Assembly: GCA_951406725.2 (NCBI GenBank)
Contig: OX597819.1
Span: 61,938,001-62,002,000, forward strand
Origin: Octopus vulgaris
Lineage: Eukaryota
Direction of reading: 5' to 3'
DNA: 64,000 nucleotides
Shown: positions 63,733 through 64,000 of the stretch, piece after piece
How the letters are laid out: every line of letters begins with the position of its first letter
Position numbering within the stretch: position 1 is the stretch's first letter
Notes under the pieces: generated by a model
What the model saw: only the letters and a program-made list of their open reading frames with translations
The model's database searches: none
Told to the model about the DNA's origin: nothing
Program-made: the position numbers and the translations under genes

Positions 63733-63775
63733 GACCCCTGATGAAGGCTGGAAGGTATATCAGCTGAAACGTGTT
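63733..63775 (+). ncRNA. Defective hammerhead copy, same family as 15344 (cleavage triplet deleted)
   Basis: GACCC-CUGAUGA-A-GGCUG...CAGCU-GAAAC-GUGUU; lacks the GUU of the sister copy; flanks align with 15290-15435. Confidence 0.65.
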
Positions 63776-64000
63776 AACAACGAACAAGACGAGGACAAAT
63801 ATCGTCTAATGTAAATAATATTCAAAAATTTGTTTGAAAATTCATTTTCAAACTTGATACCCTTTCTCCTGTCAACCAAAATATATGATGTAAGACTTTC
63901 CTCAGTGAAGTGTCACAGTCACAATATCAATTAGACAATCAGATGCTGCTATACCCTACTGATGGCTTATTGTTTATTGGTTTTACAAAATGTGTTTTAC

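Overview
AT-rich, intron-rich animal DNA, dense in SINEs and (TA)n/(CA)n microsatellites. The repeat complement looks like Octopus (inference from recalled repeat families, not a search). Almost all ORFs in the supplied track are repeat artefacts. Splicing exons by hand (all GT-AG, phases consistent) gives three protein-coding genes. (1) A TMEM160-like mitochondrial membrane protein (+, 4 coding exons, 12373-17652, 210 aa from the ATG at 12373). (2) Mitochondrial rRNA methyltransferase MRM1, SpoU/TrmH family (+, 9 coding exons, 40041-56978, 346 aa). (3) The last 5 exons of DEAD-box helicase DDX55/Spb4 (-, 63604-57277), tail-to-tail with MRM1, stops about 300 bp apart. Also present: a decayed 5S rRNA copy, several SINE families, relics of mariner, RTE and R4-like elements, a Helitron, a Helentron-type element and MITEs. 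The most notable non-obvious signal is a set of minimal type I hammerhead ribozyme motifs of the Penelope type in at least three short element families. Two look intact (59988 +, 15344 -), one carries a U3-A8 covariant core in a tandem repeat (23453 -), and the rest are decayed. Those inside genes lie antisense to the host. The window also has many locally generated fold-back inverted duplications, and a 116-bp module shared by a Helitron and an unrelated young TIR element.
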